A stretch of 64,000 nt of DNA from positions 9,877 to 73,876 of the forward strand of contig CASESH010000004.1 in assembly GCA_949290565.1 (NCBI GenBank), written 5' to 3'. The DNA is from an uncultured Christensenella sp. (GTDB taxonomy: Bacteria; Bacillota; Clostridia; Christensenellales; UBA1242). The notes below the pieces were generated by a model that saw only the letters and a list, made by a program, of their open reading frames with translations, ran no database searches and was not told the origin of the DNA. The first letter of the stretch is position 1, and the number at the start of each line of letters is the position of its first letter. The position numbers and the translations under genes were made by a program. This document shows, piece after piece, positions 1 to 8,924 of the stretch.

Positions 1-404
1 ACATTGCTAAATGGAGTGACGTTTTTAATTTATATGAGTATATGTTTAAAGGTATTGATAATAAAATTTTGAATGACTACGAATTTGATGAAAGACTTGA
101 AAAAAATGATATTTTAAAAATTTTACATTTATATAAAACTGTTTATAATATTAATGATGATAAACAAGTTTGGTTTGATAAGATTAAACAAATGTGTTCG
201 CTTGTTGGGTTTTGCGATAATATGAAAGAGTATAAAAATAATCCTTCAAAATATAAAGGTAGCGTAGCCGATTTAAGTTCTATAATTAGAGTTGGCGTTA
301 CATCTAAGAAAAATACACCTGATTTATATTATTTGTTGCAAATATTGGGGCAGGGTGAAGTTGAAAGAAGAATTAATAATACTATAAAATTAATGGAAGA
401 ATAA
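1..404 (+). CDS. gltX: Glutamate--tRNA ligase, C-terminal end (gene enters from the left edge; partial)
   Basis: The frame is open from nt 3 (IAKWSDVFNLYEY precedes the listed Met at 42) and stops at TAA 402-404. The tail IRVGVTSKKNTPDLYYLLQILGQGEVERRINNTIKLM follows the GltX C-terminal pattern, cf. E. coli [34 protein letters not shown] (recalled from memory). Confidence 0.65.
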   Translation, partial: IAKWSDVFNLYEYMFKGIDNKILNDYEFDERLEKNDILKILHLYKTVYNINDDKQVWFDKIKQMCSLVGFCDNMKEYKNNPSKYKGSVADLSSIIRVGVTSKKNTPDLYYLLQILGQGEVERRINNTIKLMEE

Positions 405-418
405 AGGGAGATGACTAA

Positions 419-706
419 ATGATAATTTTCAGTAGTTTTTCAAAATTTTTTAATATATTAGGTCAAATAATGGCTTTCTTAACCATTATTTTGCTTGGGC
501 TTATTTATTTAAATCAAATTGTTCCTGTTCAATTTTTACCTGAGGATTTTTATAATACTTTACTTAATATAAAAGAATACGCAGTTATTTTAACTATTAC
601 AGTTTGCGGACTATCTTTTGCTTGTAAAAGGTCAATCTTTATTTTTATTCCATTTTGCTTGCTTGCAATTTGTGCACTTGCTTGCTATTCAATTACTTTA
701 TTTTAA
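419..706 (+). CDS. Small hydrophobic membrane protein (about 3 predicted TM helices), unknown function
   Basis: 95-aa ORF preceded by GGGAG (408-412) about 7 nt upstream. It has strongly hydrophobic stretches and is followed directly by an intrinsic terminator. Confidence 0.5.
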   Translation: MIIFSSFSKFFNILGQIMAFLTIILLGLIYLNQIVPVQFLPEDFYNTLLNIKEYAVILTITVCGLSFACKRSIFIFIPFCLLAICALACYSITLF

Positions 707-711
707 ATTTT

Positions 712-745
712 AAACTCTATAAGTTTTATAGAGTTTTTTTATTTT
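712..745 (+). terminator. Rho-independent terminator
   Basis: Perfect 10-bp stem aaactctata (712-721) / tatagagttt (727-736) with a 5-nt loop, running into a T-rich tract (734-746). Confidence 0.65.
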
Positions 746-826
746 TTCATATCTTTTAAAGTCTTTTTAGCATATTCGAAGGACAAGTTTTCATACATAT
801 AATCAAAAGGTTATAGTAGGTGAAAA

Positions 827-2347
827 GTGGAAAGTGCTAAAAAGAAAAAGATAGTTAAAATTTCTATAATATCAATTGTTTCAATTTTATTGATAGTAGG
901 GATTATTTTTGTTTTTATCAGTTGTAATGACATTGTTGATAAAAAAAGCAAAGATTTTTCAAATTATTATCTTAATTTAACTTATGATAATAACTTTAAA
1001 AAACTTTCTGGGAATGAAAGATTGGAATATAAAAATAATGGAGAAAATGTTTTAGACTATATTTTATTACATTTATATCCAAATGCTTTTAGAAGTGATG
1101 CAACTTATAAACCTGTTAGTTTATCTTATAATCAAAAGGCGTATCCAAATGGTTTCTCAAATGGGGAGATTTCCATTCTTTCAGTTGTCGTCGATGGCGT
1201 AGAAAAAGAAGTTAACATTACAGGAAATGATAAAAATATGTTAAAAGTTGACTTTAATGAGAGTTTATTTCCCAACGATATAATAAATATAGATATTAGT
1301 TTTGAAGTTGTTTTGCCTAATTGTTTACATAGATTTGGATATGGAGATAATACTTATAATTTTGGCAACTTTTATCCTATTGCTAGTATTTATGAAGATG
1401 GAGAGTTTAGACAAGATAATTATGGAAGCAATGGCGACCCTTTTTATAGTGAAATGGCAAACTATTATGTTGAACTAACTTATAATAAAAATTTTGTACT
1501 AGCAAGTTCTGGTAAGCAATTAAACACCTTAACTAATGGAGAAAATAAGACTACTACAATTGAAGCAAAAAGTGTAAGAGATTTTGCTTTTGTTTTAAGT
1601 GAAAAATTTAATGTTTTAACTAAAAACGCTGGAAATACAAAAGTTTACTACTATTATTATGATGATGAAAACGCCTCAAAAAGTTTACAAGCAGGAGTTG
1701 ATGCAATTAATACTTTTAGTAGTTTGTTTGGTGAGTATCCTTATGAAACTTTTAGTATTTGCAAAACGAACTTTATTCACGGAGGAATGGAATATCCTAA
1801 TCTTGTTTACATATCTGATTCTGTGGAAGATTATGATGATTACTTAAATGTAATTATTCACGAAACTGCTCACCAATGGTGGTATAATTTAGTTGGAAGT
1901 GATGCTTGTAAAAATGCTTGGATGGATGAGGGGCTTACTGAATTTTCAACGTTATTATTTTATAGACACAATGGGAAAAATTACAATGTAAATGTTCAAG
2001 AAAGTTTAAATTCTTCACTTTCAAGTTATCTTTTGTTTAGCGAGATTTATGAAAGTGTTTATGGTGAGTTTAATAGCAGTATGAATAGAAATGTCAATGA
2101 TTATAAGGGTGATTTAGAATATGTTTATATTGCATATGTTAAGGGTGTTTTGTTTTTCGATAATCTAGAAGATGTGGTTGGCGAAAAGAATTTTTTAAAA
2201 GGGCTTAAATATTATTTCAAAGAGAATCAATTTGGAATTGCTAAACCTGAGGATATGATTGCTGCTTTTGAGGTTTCAAGTAAAAGAAGTTTAGAGAGTT
2301 TCTTTAACTCTTGGATAGAGGGAAAGGTTATACTTCAAAATTATTAA
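827..2347 (+). CDS. Membrane-anchored M1-family (gluzincin) metallopeptidase
   Basis: GTG start behind AGGTGA. N-terminal TM helix (IVKISIISIVSILLIVGIIFVFI). HExxH-18-E zinc motif: IIHETAHQWWYNLVGSDACKNAWMDEGLTEF. Confidence 0.85.
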   Translation: MESAKKKKIVKISIISIVSILLIVGIIFVFISCNDIVDKKSKDFSNYYLNLTYDNNFKKLSGNERLEYKNNGENVLDYILLHLYPNAFRSDATYKPVSLSYNQKAYPNGFSNGEISILSVVVDGVEKEVNITGNDKNMLKVDFNESLFPNDIINIDISFEVVLPNCLHRFGYGDNTYNFGNFYPIASIYEDGEFRQDNYGSNGDPFYSEMANYYVELTYNKNFVLASSGKQLNTLTNGENKTTTIEAKSVRDFAFVLSEKFNVLTKNAGNTKVYYYYYDDENASKSLQAGVDAINTFSSLFGEYPYETFSICKTNFIHGGMEYPNLVYISDSVEDYDDYLNVIIHETAHQWWYNLVGSDACKNAWMDEGLTEFSTLLFYRHNGKNYNVNVQESLNSSLSSYLLFSEIYESVYGEFNSSMNRNVNDYKGDLEYVYIAYVKGVLFFDNLEDVVGEKNFLKGLKYYFKENQFGIAKPEDMIAAFEVSSKRSLESFFNSWIEGKVILQNY

Positions 2348-2403
2348 AATTTTTATTCAAAAAAATTTTGTTATGTGATATAATCAAAAACACAAAAGAG
2401 GAC

Positions 2404-3198
2404 ATGATGAGAACAGTTAATTTAGCAAGTGGTAGTAAAGGTAATAGTACATATATAGAATCAAAACAAGCCAAAATTCTTATTGATGTGGGGCTTTGTC
2501 TAAAACAAATGGAGACAAGACTTAATCAAATTGAAGTAAGTGGTAATGAGATTGATGCAATTTTACTTACTCATGAACATATAGACCATTTACACGGGGC
2601 AAAGGCTTTTTTAAAAAAATATACTAATACAAAAATTTACATTCCTCTATTTGCAAAAAATTATTGCATTAAAGAGTTTGATGAATTGCCAAAGGAAAAT
2701 ATAGTTTATTTTACTTCAAGTCAATTTACTATTAAGGATATGAAGATTAATTGTTTTATTTTATCTCACGATAGTATGTTTTGTTTAGGTTATAGCGTAA
2801 AATTTGAAAATTGCAAAGTAAGTTATGCGACTGATTTAGGTTTTATTTCAAGGGATATTATAAATTATTTAGCAAATAGTGATGTCTTATTTATTGAGAG
2901 TAATCATGATGAAAATTTACTGTTTGAAAATCCAAAGTATCCTGCTAAAACTAAAAAAAGAATTGCAAGTAGGCAAGGCCATTTATCAAATAAAGATTGT
3001 GCCTATGCCTTAGTTCAACTTGCCGGCGCAGGAGTCAAACAAGTTGTCTTGTCCCATTTAAGTCATGAAAATAATTCTCCTAATTTGGCCTATAATACAG
3101 TTAGAGATATATTATTTAAGAATAACATAATCGAAGGGAAAAATATTTTTGTAGACGTTGCTTATCAAGACAAAGTTGGTACACTTTTTTATTTATAA
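2404..3198 (+). CDS. MBL-fold metallo-hydrolase, YycJ/WalJ-like
   Basis: MRTVNLASGSKGNSTYIES...ILIDVGL...LLTHEHIDHLHG is the beta-lactamase-fold HxHxDH motif and is closely similar to B. subtilis YycJ (from memory). I prefer ATG 2404 (RBS AAAGAGGA) over the listed 2311 start, which overlaps the upstream gene. Confidence 0.8.
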   Translation: MMRTVNLASGSKGNSTYIESKQAKILIDVGLCLKQMETRLNQIEVSGNEIDAILLTHEHIDHLHGAKAFLKKYTNTKIYIPLFAKNYCIKEFDELPKENIVYFTSSQFTIKDMKINCFILSHDSMFCLGYSVKFENCKVSYATDLGFISRDIINYLANSDVLFIESNHDENLLFENPKYPAKTKKRIASRQGHLSNKDCAYALVQLAGAGVKQVVLSHLSHENNSPNLAYNTVRDILFKNNIIEGKNIFVDVAYQDKVGTLFYL

Positions 3199-3251
3199 AA
3201 TCATTTTTTCTTATTGTTTATTTTATTTTTTTGTGTTAAAATTAAATCGTT

Positions 3252-4202
3252 ATGAAAAGAAATGATTTTAGTTATTTTGAGGGAAGTATAGGTTATATTT
3301 TTACATTAATTGCCGTTTTCTTGTTGAATATGCTAGTTATTGAGATTGCAAGTATTGCTGGAATCAATTCCTCAAATTTGTCCTCTAATAATTGGATAAT
3401 TTATTTATCTTTAATTCTTATTGAATTGTTTTATTTAATTATTATTCTTATTATATCTAAAAAGAATAAGATTAATTTTAAAAATGCTCTTAAATTAAAT
3501 TCTAAAATAAATTCAAAAATAATTTTATTGTCTATTTTACTTGCTATCACTGTCTTGTTTTCTAGTTTGAATGTAACAAATTTTTTTAATAGTTTATTTC
3601 CTGCTAGTGACAATTCAATGACAATAAATTCTTTTTTAGATTTTTTAATATGGACAGTTGTATATGCCCTAATTCCTTGTGTTTGTGAAGAATTGTTTTT
3701 TAGAGGTTTTATTTACAATAGTTTAAAGTCAAAATTAAATGCTATTTTATCTATTTTTCTAAGTTCATTAATATTTACTTTATTGCACTTATCTATTTTA
3801 CAAACATTTTATCAATTTATTATTGGAATTTTTCTCGCTACTTTGGTTTATTTAACAGGTAGTATTGTTTATTCTATTGTTTTTCATTTTATTAACAATT
3901 TCACTATTCTTTTAGTTTCTTATCTTTCAAAAGATTATCCTCTTTTCCAATTTACGCATATTAATTGGTTAACTATTTTGTTATCAATTTTAATTTTCAT
4001 TGTAGGTATGATTGCTTCATTTTTTATTGTGAAATTTATCAAGAAACAAAGCAACAATTTAAAAGATAAACAAATTAAGAACGAAGAAATGAACATTTTA
4101 GTCGAAAATCAAAATGAAGTTTTCTTGGGAAACATATTTTTTATTTTTACTACGGTAATATTTTTTGTTCTTTGGGCTTATAATTCATTTGGAGGTGCTT
4201 GA
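3252..4202 (+). CDS. CPBP-family intramembrane glutamic endopeptidase (CAAX protease-like), copy 1
   Basis: Polytopic membrane protein carrying the three CPBP motifs: CVCEELFFRGFIY, TLLHL and FHFINN. Confidence 0.8.
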   Translation: MKRNDFSYFEGSIGYIFTLIAVFLLNMLVIEIASIAGINSSNLSSNNWIIYLSLILIELFYLIIILIISKKNKINFKNALKLNSKINSKIILLSILLAITVLFSSLNVTNFFNSLFPASDNSMTINSFLDFLIWTVVYALIPCVCEELFFRGFIYNSLKSKLNAILSIFLSSLIFTLLHLSILQTFYQFIIGIFLATLVYLTGSIVYSIVFHFINNFTILLVSYLSKDYPLFQFTHINWLTILLSILIFIVGMIASFFIVKFIKKQSNNLKDKQIKNEEMNILVENQNEVFLGNIFFIFTTVIFFVLWAYNSFGGA

Positions 4203-5329
4203 TGAAAAGACCTTTGTCTTCTTTTCTTGCTTCAACAGTAACTTATTTTATTATGCTAGTTCTATTTGTTTTAGTTAGAATAATATTTCTTTATGTAAAT
4301 TTACCATTTTCACAAAATGTTAATGATTTTATTTCAACTGTAATTATTCAAGGTGGCATTATGCTATGCCTTGCAATGGTTCTTTATTCATTTTTTAAAA
4401 AACAAAATATAAAAACGACTTTAACAGATTTTAGATTTGAAAAGATTAGTTTTTACACTATAATCCTTTGCATTTTTATTGGAATTCTTTGCTATGTTTT
4501 AAATATTTTTGTGTCCTCGTTTTTTGGAACAATTATTTCTTTATTTGGTTTTGAATCTGCTCCTTCTTTTCCATCTTTTACAACTACTGATTATTCTGTT
4601 GGGGCGTTTATATTTCAAGTTATAACAGTCGCTATTTTACCGGGTATTTGTGAAGAAGTTGCTCATAGAGGTTTGCTTTTAAAAGGGTTAAGTAGTTTGG
4701 GAATTATGAGAGCAGCAGTTTTTTCTTCTGTACTATTTGGGCTTATGCACTTAAACATTAGTCAATTCTTTTATGCTACCGTTTTGGGCTATTTGATATC
4801 GTTGAGCGTTATAATTAGTAAAAGTATTTTTCCGGCTATGATTATACATTTTATGAACAACTTTTTGAGCATATATTTTACTTTTGCACAAGCGAATAAT
4901 TGGGCTTTGGGCGGGGGAATAAAAGATTTTTTAAATTCCTTACTTACAACCGATAATCCATTTTCATTTTTCTTAATTTGTACCCTTATTTTATCTTGTC
5001 TTTTAATGCTTCTTGTTTATCTATTTACTCTTTTACTAAAAGAAACCAGAATTAAAAAAGTAAGAAATATGTTACAGTATATTGTAAAGTTAAATAATAC
5101 GACTATTGATAAAACTACTTTTTCTAAAAATGATGAAAATTTACTTAATATGCAAATGATTAATAAACTTATGGGAGAATATAATATTAAAAGTTTAAAT
5201 AATATGGTTTTTACCGATATTGAAAGCAAGGGTACAAAGTTAGTTTATTTAGAGAAAGTATTTTTAATTGGTTGCGTTTTGCTTGGAAGTTTAGTTACAT
5301 TATCTACCTTTATTTGGGGGTTGATTTAG
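4199..5329 (+). CDS. CPBP-family intramembrane glutamic endopeptidase, copy 2
   Basis: Motifs ICEEVAHRGLLLKGL, GLMHL and IHFMNN. Its ATG overlaps the stop of copy 1 (ATGA at 4199-4202). Confidence 0.8.
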   Translation: MMKRPLSSFLASTVTYFIMLVLFVLVRIIFLYVNLPFSQNVNDFISTVIIQGGIMLCLAMVLYSFFKKQNIKTTLTDFRFEKISFYTIILCIFIGILCYVLNIFVSSFFGTIISLFGFESAPSFPSFTTTDYSVGAFIFQVITVAILPGICEEVAHRGLLLKGLSSLGIMRAAVFSSVLFGLMHLNISQFFYATVLGYLISLSVIISKSIFPAMIIHFMNNFLSIYFTFAQANNWALGGGIKDFLNSLLTTDNPFSFFLICTLILSCLLMLLVYLFTLLLKETRIKKVRNMLQYIVKLNNTTIDKTTFSKNDENLLNMQMINKLMGEYNIKSLNNMVFTDIESKGTKLVYLEKVFLIGCVLLGSLVTLSTFIWGLI

Positions 5330-5799
5330 TGTATAAAGTTAATATTGTTTGTGTGGGCTCTTTAAAGGAAAAATTTTTTTATCAGGCACAAGAGGAATAT
5401 TTAAAAAGACTGAAAAAATATTGTGAAGTTTGCGTTTTTGAGTTAGAAGAAGAAAAATTAAATCAAAATCCAACTGAAAAAGAAATTGAAAAAGCCCTTG
5501 ATAGAGAATACCAAAAAATAATACCTTATTTAAAAGGTAAAATAATTGTTTGTGCTGTTGAGGGTAAACAATATTCAAGTATAGATTTTTCAGATTATTT
5601 AATAAAATCTTTTAATGATTATAACTGCATTACTTTTATAATTGGTAGTTCTTATGGCCTTAGTCAAAAATTAAAAACAGATAATTTTTTGTTAAGTTTA
5701 TCTAAAATGACCTTTCCTCATCATCTTATGAGAATTTTTTTACAAGAGCAAATTTATAGGGCTTTTACTATAAAAAATAATAATACTTATCATAAATAA
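5329..5799 (+). CDS. rlmH: 23S rRNA (pseudouridine1915-N3)-methyltransferase RlmH
   Basis: VNIVCVGSLKEKF...IIGSSYGLS...LSLSKMTFPHHLMRIFLQEQIYRAFTI..NNTYHK matches the SPOUT RlmH family end to end. I prefer GTG 5329, which overlaps the upstream TAG (TAGTG) and gives about 156 aa, over the listed 5272 start. Confidence 0.8.
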   Translation: MYKVNIVCVGSLKEKFFYQAQEEYLKRLKKYCEVCVFELEEEKLNQNPTEKEIEKALDREYQKIIPYLKGKIIVCAVEGKQYSSIDFSDYLIKSFNDYNCITFIIGSSYGLSQKLKTDNFLLSLSKMTFPHHLMRIFLQEQIYRAFTIKNNNTYHK

Positions 5800-5883
5800 A
5801 TAGTGTAATCTGTTTAATTTTAATCATAATATATTTATACATTATTATACATTAAGTTTTTAAGGTTTATACAAGGTGTTTAT

Positions 5884-6723
5884 ATGAAAAATATATTTGA
5901 TAAACTAAAATTTGAAATTGAACAGTTAAAGCATAAAATAAAAAATTACGTTATTGGAAAAAGTGTTTTAGGCGAAGATATTATTTGTTTTGAAGTAGGT
6001 AGCAATGAAAAAAAATCTATACTAATTCACGGTGGAATTCATGCAAGGGAATATATAACTTGTTTTTTAGTTATCGAACTTATAAAATTTATTAGTAAAC
6101 AAAATATTGATGGTAAAATTTATTTTATTCCGTTACTAAATCCAGATGGAGTTAGAATTTGTTGTCAAGGATATTCTTTTATACAACAGGAGAAGCAACG
6201 TAATATCGTAAAAAATATTTTGAAAAATGTTGACAAAAGTTTGTATAAGGCAAACGCTAATGGAGTTGATTTGAATGTAAATTTTGATGTCGATTGGGGA
6301 AAGGGTATTCAGAATTCAAATGCTGGGCCAGATTATCAAAATTTTATTGGTTATACTCCTAACTCGGAAAGTGAGGTTGTTACGATAATTGATTTTACAA
6401 AAAAGATTAAGCCACTAATTACTTTGAGTTATCACAGCAAAGGCCAGGTTATTTATTATGGTTATAAAAATCAACCTAAAAATAATTTATTATTTCAGGA
6501 TAAGATTTTGAGCATTTTAACAAACACAACTCATTACGAGCCAATTTTTACAGTTAATAGTAGTGGAGGATATAAAGATTATTGTCTAATGAAACTTAAT
6601 ATTTTAGGGTTTACAATAGAAGTGGGAAATGATAAATTAAACCACCCCATTGGTTTAGAGTATTTAGATAGTATTTTTTATGAAAATAAAAATGTAATAA
6701 ACAATATTTTAACTATTTTATAA
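5884..6723 (+). CDS. M14-family zinc carboxypeptidase (gamma-D-glutamyl-meso-diaminopimelate peptidase-like)
   Basis: HGGIHAREYIT (HxxE zinc ligands), ANGVDLNVNF and SYHSKG are characteristic of M14 peptidoglycan peptidases. RBS AAGGTG. Confidence 0.75.
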   Translation: MKNIFDKLKFEIEQLKHKIKNYVIGKSVLGEDIICFEVGSNEKKSILIHGGIHAREYITCFLVIELIKFISKQNIDGKIYFIPLLNPDGVRICCQGYSFIQQEKQRNIVKNILKNVDKSLYKANANGVDLNVNFDVDWGKGIQNSNAGPDYQNFIGYTPNSESEVVTIIDFTKKIKPLITLSYHSKGQVIYYGYKNQPKNNLLFQDKILSILTNTTHYEPIFTVNSSGGYKDYCLMKLNILGFTIEVGNDKLNHPIGLEYLDSIFYENKNVINNILTIL

Positions 6724-6824
6724 AAATACTTTTTAAGTTTAGTTAAAAATAAAAAATTAAAATTTTTATTAAAGATTTTTTTAGTTTAAAAAATAAAATT
6801 CTTTAGATTTACAAAGGACTATTT

Positions 6825-7553
6825 ATGAATGATTTTTTTATGAAGAAAGCTATTAGTCAGGCTAAAAAAGCACAAAAACTAGGAGAAGTGCCTGTTGGTG
6901 CCATTATTGTTAAAAATAATATGATTATTGCTAGTGGCTATAACAAAAGAGAAAGTAAACAAAATCCAATTTTTCACGCTGAAATTTTGGCTATTTTAAA
7001 GGCTTGTAAAAAATTAAATTCTTTTAGACTCGATGGGTGTGAAATGTATGTTACTCTTGAACCTTGTCCTATGTGTGCAGGTGCCATTATTAATTCAAGA
7101 ATAAAAAAAGTTTATATAGGTGCGTTAGATAAGAATTACGGTTGTGCTGGTAGTAAATATAATCTATTAAACGACAAGTGTTTTGAACATACTGTACAGG
7201 TAGAAACAGGTATTTTAAAGGAAAAATGTGAAAATTTGTTAAATGATTTTTTTGTACAAATTAGAGAACAAGGAAAAATAAAAAAATACTTAGGGGAAAA
7301 ATTTAATTGTTGTAATAAAAATAAATTTTCAAATATTTCTAATATTAAATTATTATACTTAGATGCTAAAAATAAAGAGGAATATTATGTTGTTGCAGTC
7401 ATTAAGCAACTTAATTCTAATTTATTGTATTTGGTTTTGTCGTCTAAGTTAGATTTTATTTCTTACAGTGAAATTAAAAAAATTTTTAATGAAAAGTTTT
7501 TGAGTAAAAAATTAAAAATTACTACATTAGATAAAAATACATACATTTTTTAA
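6825..7553 (+). CDS. tadA: tRNA adenosine(34) deaminase TadA with an about 90-aa C-terminal extension
   Basis: The CDA-fold motifs HAEILAI and PCPMCAGAI lie in the first ~150 aa. Residues ~153-242 have no recognisable motif. Confidence 0.85.
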   Translation: MNDFFMKKAISQAKKAQKLGEVPVGAIIVKNNMIIASGYNKRESKQNPIFHAEILAILKACKKLNSFRLDGCEMYVTLEPCPMCAGAIINSRIKKVYIGALDKNYGCAGSKYNLLNDKCFEHTVQVETGILKEKCENLLNDFFVQIREQGKIKKYLGEKFNCCNKNKFSNISNIKLLYLDAKNKEEYYVVAVIKQLNSNLLYLVLSSKLDFISYSEIKKIFNEKFLSKKLKITTLDKNTYIF

Positions 7554-7603
7554 AGTCTTTTGTATATATTGACAAAATCATTTTACTTAATTAAAATTAA
7601 AAC

Positions 7604-8380
7604 ATGAATGAATTTATTATTTCAACTGATATTTTAAGTGAATTTGAATTAATACATACATTTGATTATAAAATTAGAGCAATTATACTGAAACCAGAAA
7701 ATTGTTTTTTTGATGCGGACATAATGGGTTTAGAAAGTATCAAATATGTGGAAAATGCTTTACAAAAGTATGAAATTACACAAGTAGAGTGTAAAAGAAA
7801 TTCAGTAATTACAGATGTTATATTGCCATATATTAAAGATGAAGATTATGTGATTGTATTGTATGCTAATACTCCTTTAATCACTGAAAACACTGTCTTA
7901 GATGCAATTGATTATGCAACAACAAAACAATTAGATTGTTGTAAACTTTTTTATGGTGTTATTTTTAAAGTTGCGGCACTCAAAAATCAAAAGTTTGAAA
8001 ATACGGCACAAGCAGATTTTCTAAGTAAAGAAGATTTTTTTGCTATTTTTGATTATAATTCTCTATCTAGCGCAAGAGATAAAATGAAGAAAAGAATTAT
8101 TGATAAGCATTTAAAAAACAATGTTGATTTTTTAGATGCTCAAAGTTGTTATATTGATTTTCAAGTAGTTATAAAAAGTGGAGTAAAAATTTACGCAAAT
8201 AATGTAATTAAATCAAATTCTGTTATTGAGGAAAATTGTGTCCTATTTGAAAACAATGTTATTGACAATTCTCATATTGGAAAAAATTGTACCTTGATTA
8301 GTAGTTTTGTTAAAAATAAAAAATTGAAAGATAATACATCTTTAAAACCATTTACCGTTTATGATGGAGAGAAAAAATGA
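7604..8380 (+). CDS. Truncated, apparently degenerate GlmU-like protein (nucleotidyltransferase fold plus a few left-handed beta-helix turns)
   Basis: VIVLYANTPLITENTVLDAIDYA aligns with GlmU LVICGDTPLITAETMEALL. The C-terminus has hexapeptide-like turns (IKSGVKIYANNVIKSNSVIEENCVLFENNVIDNSHIGKNCTLI). It is only 258 aa versus about 455 for GlmU, and the N-terminal LAAGKGTRM loop is replaced by AIILKPENC. Its position upstream of pth-mfd matches the Bacillus glmU-prs-ctc-pth-mfd order. Confidence 0.5.
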   Translation: MNEFIISTDILSEFELIHTFDYKIRAIILKPENCFFDADIMGLESIKYVENALQKYEITQVECKRNSVITDVILPYIKDEDYVIVLYANTPLITENTVLDAIDYATTKQLDCCKLFYGVIFKVAALKNQKFENTAQADFLSKEDFFAIFDYNSLSSARDKMKKRIIDKHLKNNVDFLDAQSCYIDFQVVIKSGVKIYANNVIKSNSVIEENCVLFENNVIDNSHIGKNCTLISSFVKNKKLKDNTSLKPFTVYDGEKK

Positions 8381-8907
8381 AATTAATTGTTGGGTTGGGT
8401 AATCCTGGAAAGGAGTTTGAAAATACTTATCACAATTTAGGTTTTTGTGCTATTGATATGCTTTCAAAAAAATTTGGTGTAAGCCTAAATAAATCTAAAT
8501 TTAATTCTTTATATGCTCAGTGCAAGTTTAATGATGAAATTGTTTTATTAATTAAACCTCTTACTTATATGAATTTAAGTGGACAGGCTGTTAAACAATT
8601 TGTCGATTATTACAAATTGCAACCTAGTGATGTCATTGTAATTTGTGATGATATTGATTTGCCTAAGGGGACAAACAAATTAAGAGAACATGGTAGTGGT
8701 GGTACTCATAATGGATTAAAAAATATAGTTTATAAATTAAATTCACAAGACTTTAAAAGATTAAAAATTGGTGCAGGTGACAACAATATAATTGACCTTA
8801 AAGACTATGTTTTAAGTAAAATTGATGAGCAAAGTCTTAATTTAATTCTTCCTAGTTTGCAAGACGGTTTAGATAAAGTATTAAATTTATTAAAAAATAA
8901 AGTTTAA
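8377..8907 (+). CDS. pth: Peptidyl-tRNA hydrolase
   Basis: MKLIVGLGNPGKEFENTYHNLGF...PLTYMNLSG...DDIDLP...GGTHNGLKNI is the canonical Pth signature. The ATG overlaps the upstream stop (ATGA). Confidence 0.95.
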   Translation: MKLIVGLGNPGKEFENTYHNLGFCAIDMLSKKFGVSLNKSKFNSLYAQCKFNDEIVLLIKPLTYMNLSGQAVKQFVDYYKLQPSDVIVICDDIDLPKGTNKLREHGSGGTHNGLKNIVYKLNSQDFKRLKIGAGDNNIIDLKDYVLSKIDEQSLNLILPSLQDGLDKVLNLLKNKV

Positions 8908-8924
8908 TATTTTTAAGGAAAAAT

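Noticed and set aside
2311-2403. Upstream start (2311) for the MBL-fold hydrolase and upstream start (5272) for rlmH, as listed in the ORF track
   Set aside because: Both would overlap the preceding gene by 37-58 nt and add non-conserved N-terminal residues. The internal starts (ATG 2404 with an AAAGAGGA RBS, and GTG 5329) give N-termini matching the family consensus (MRTVNLASGS..., V-KVNIVCVGSLK...).
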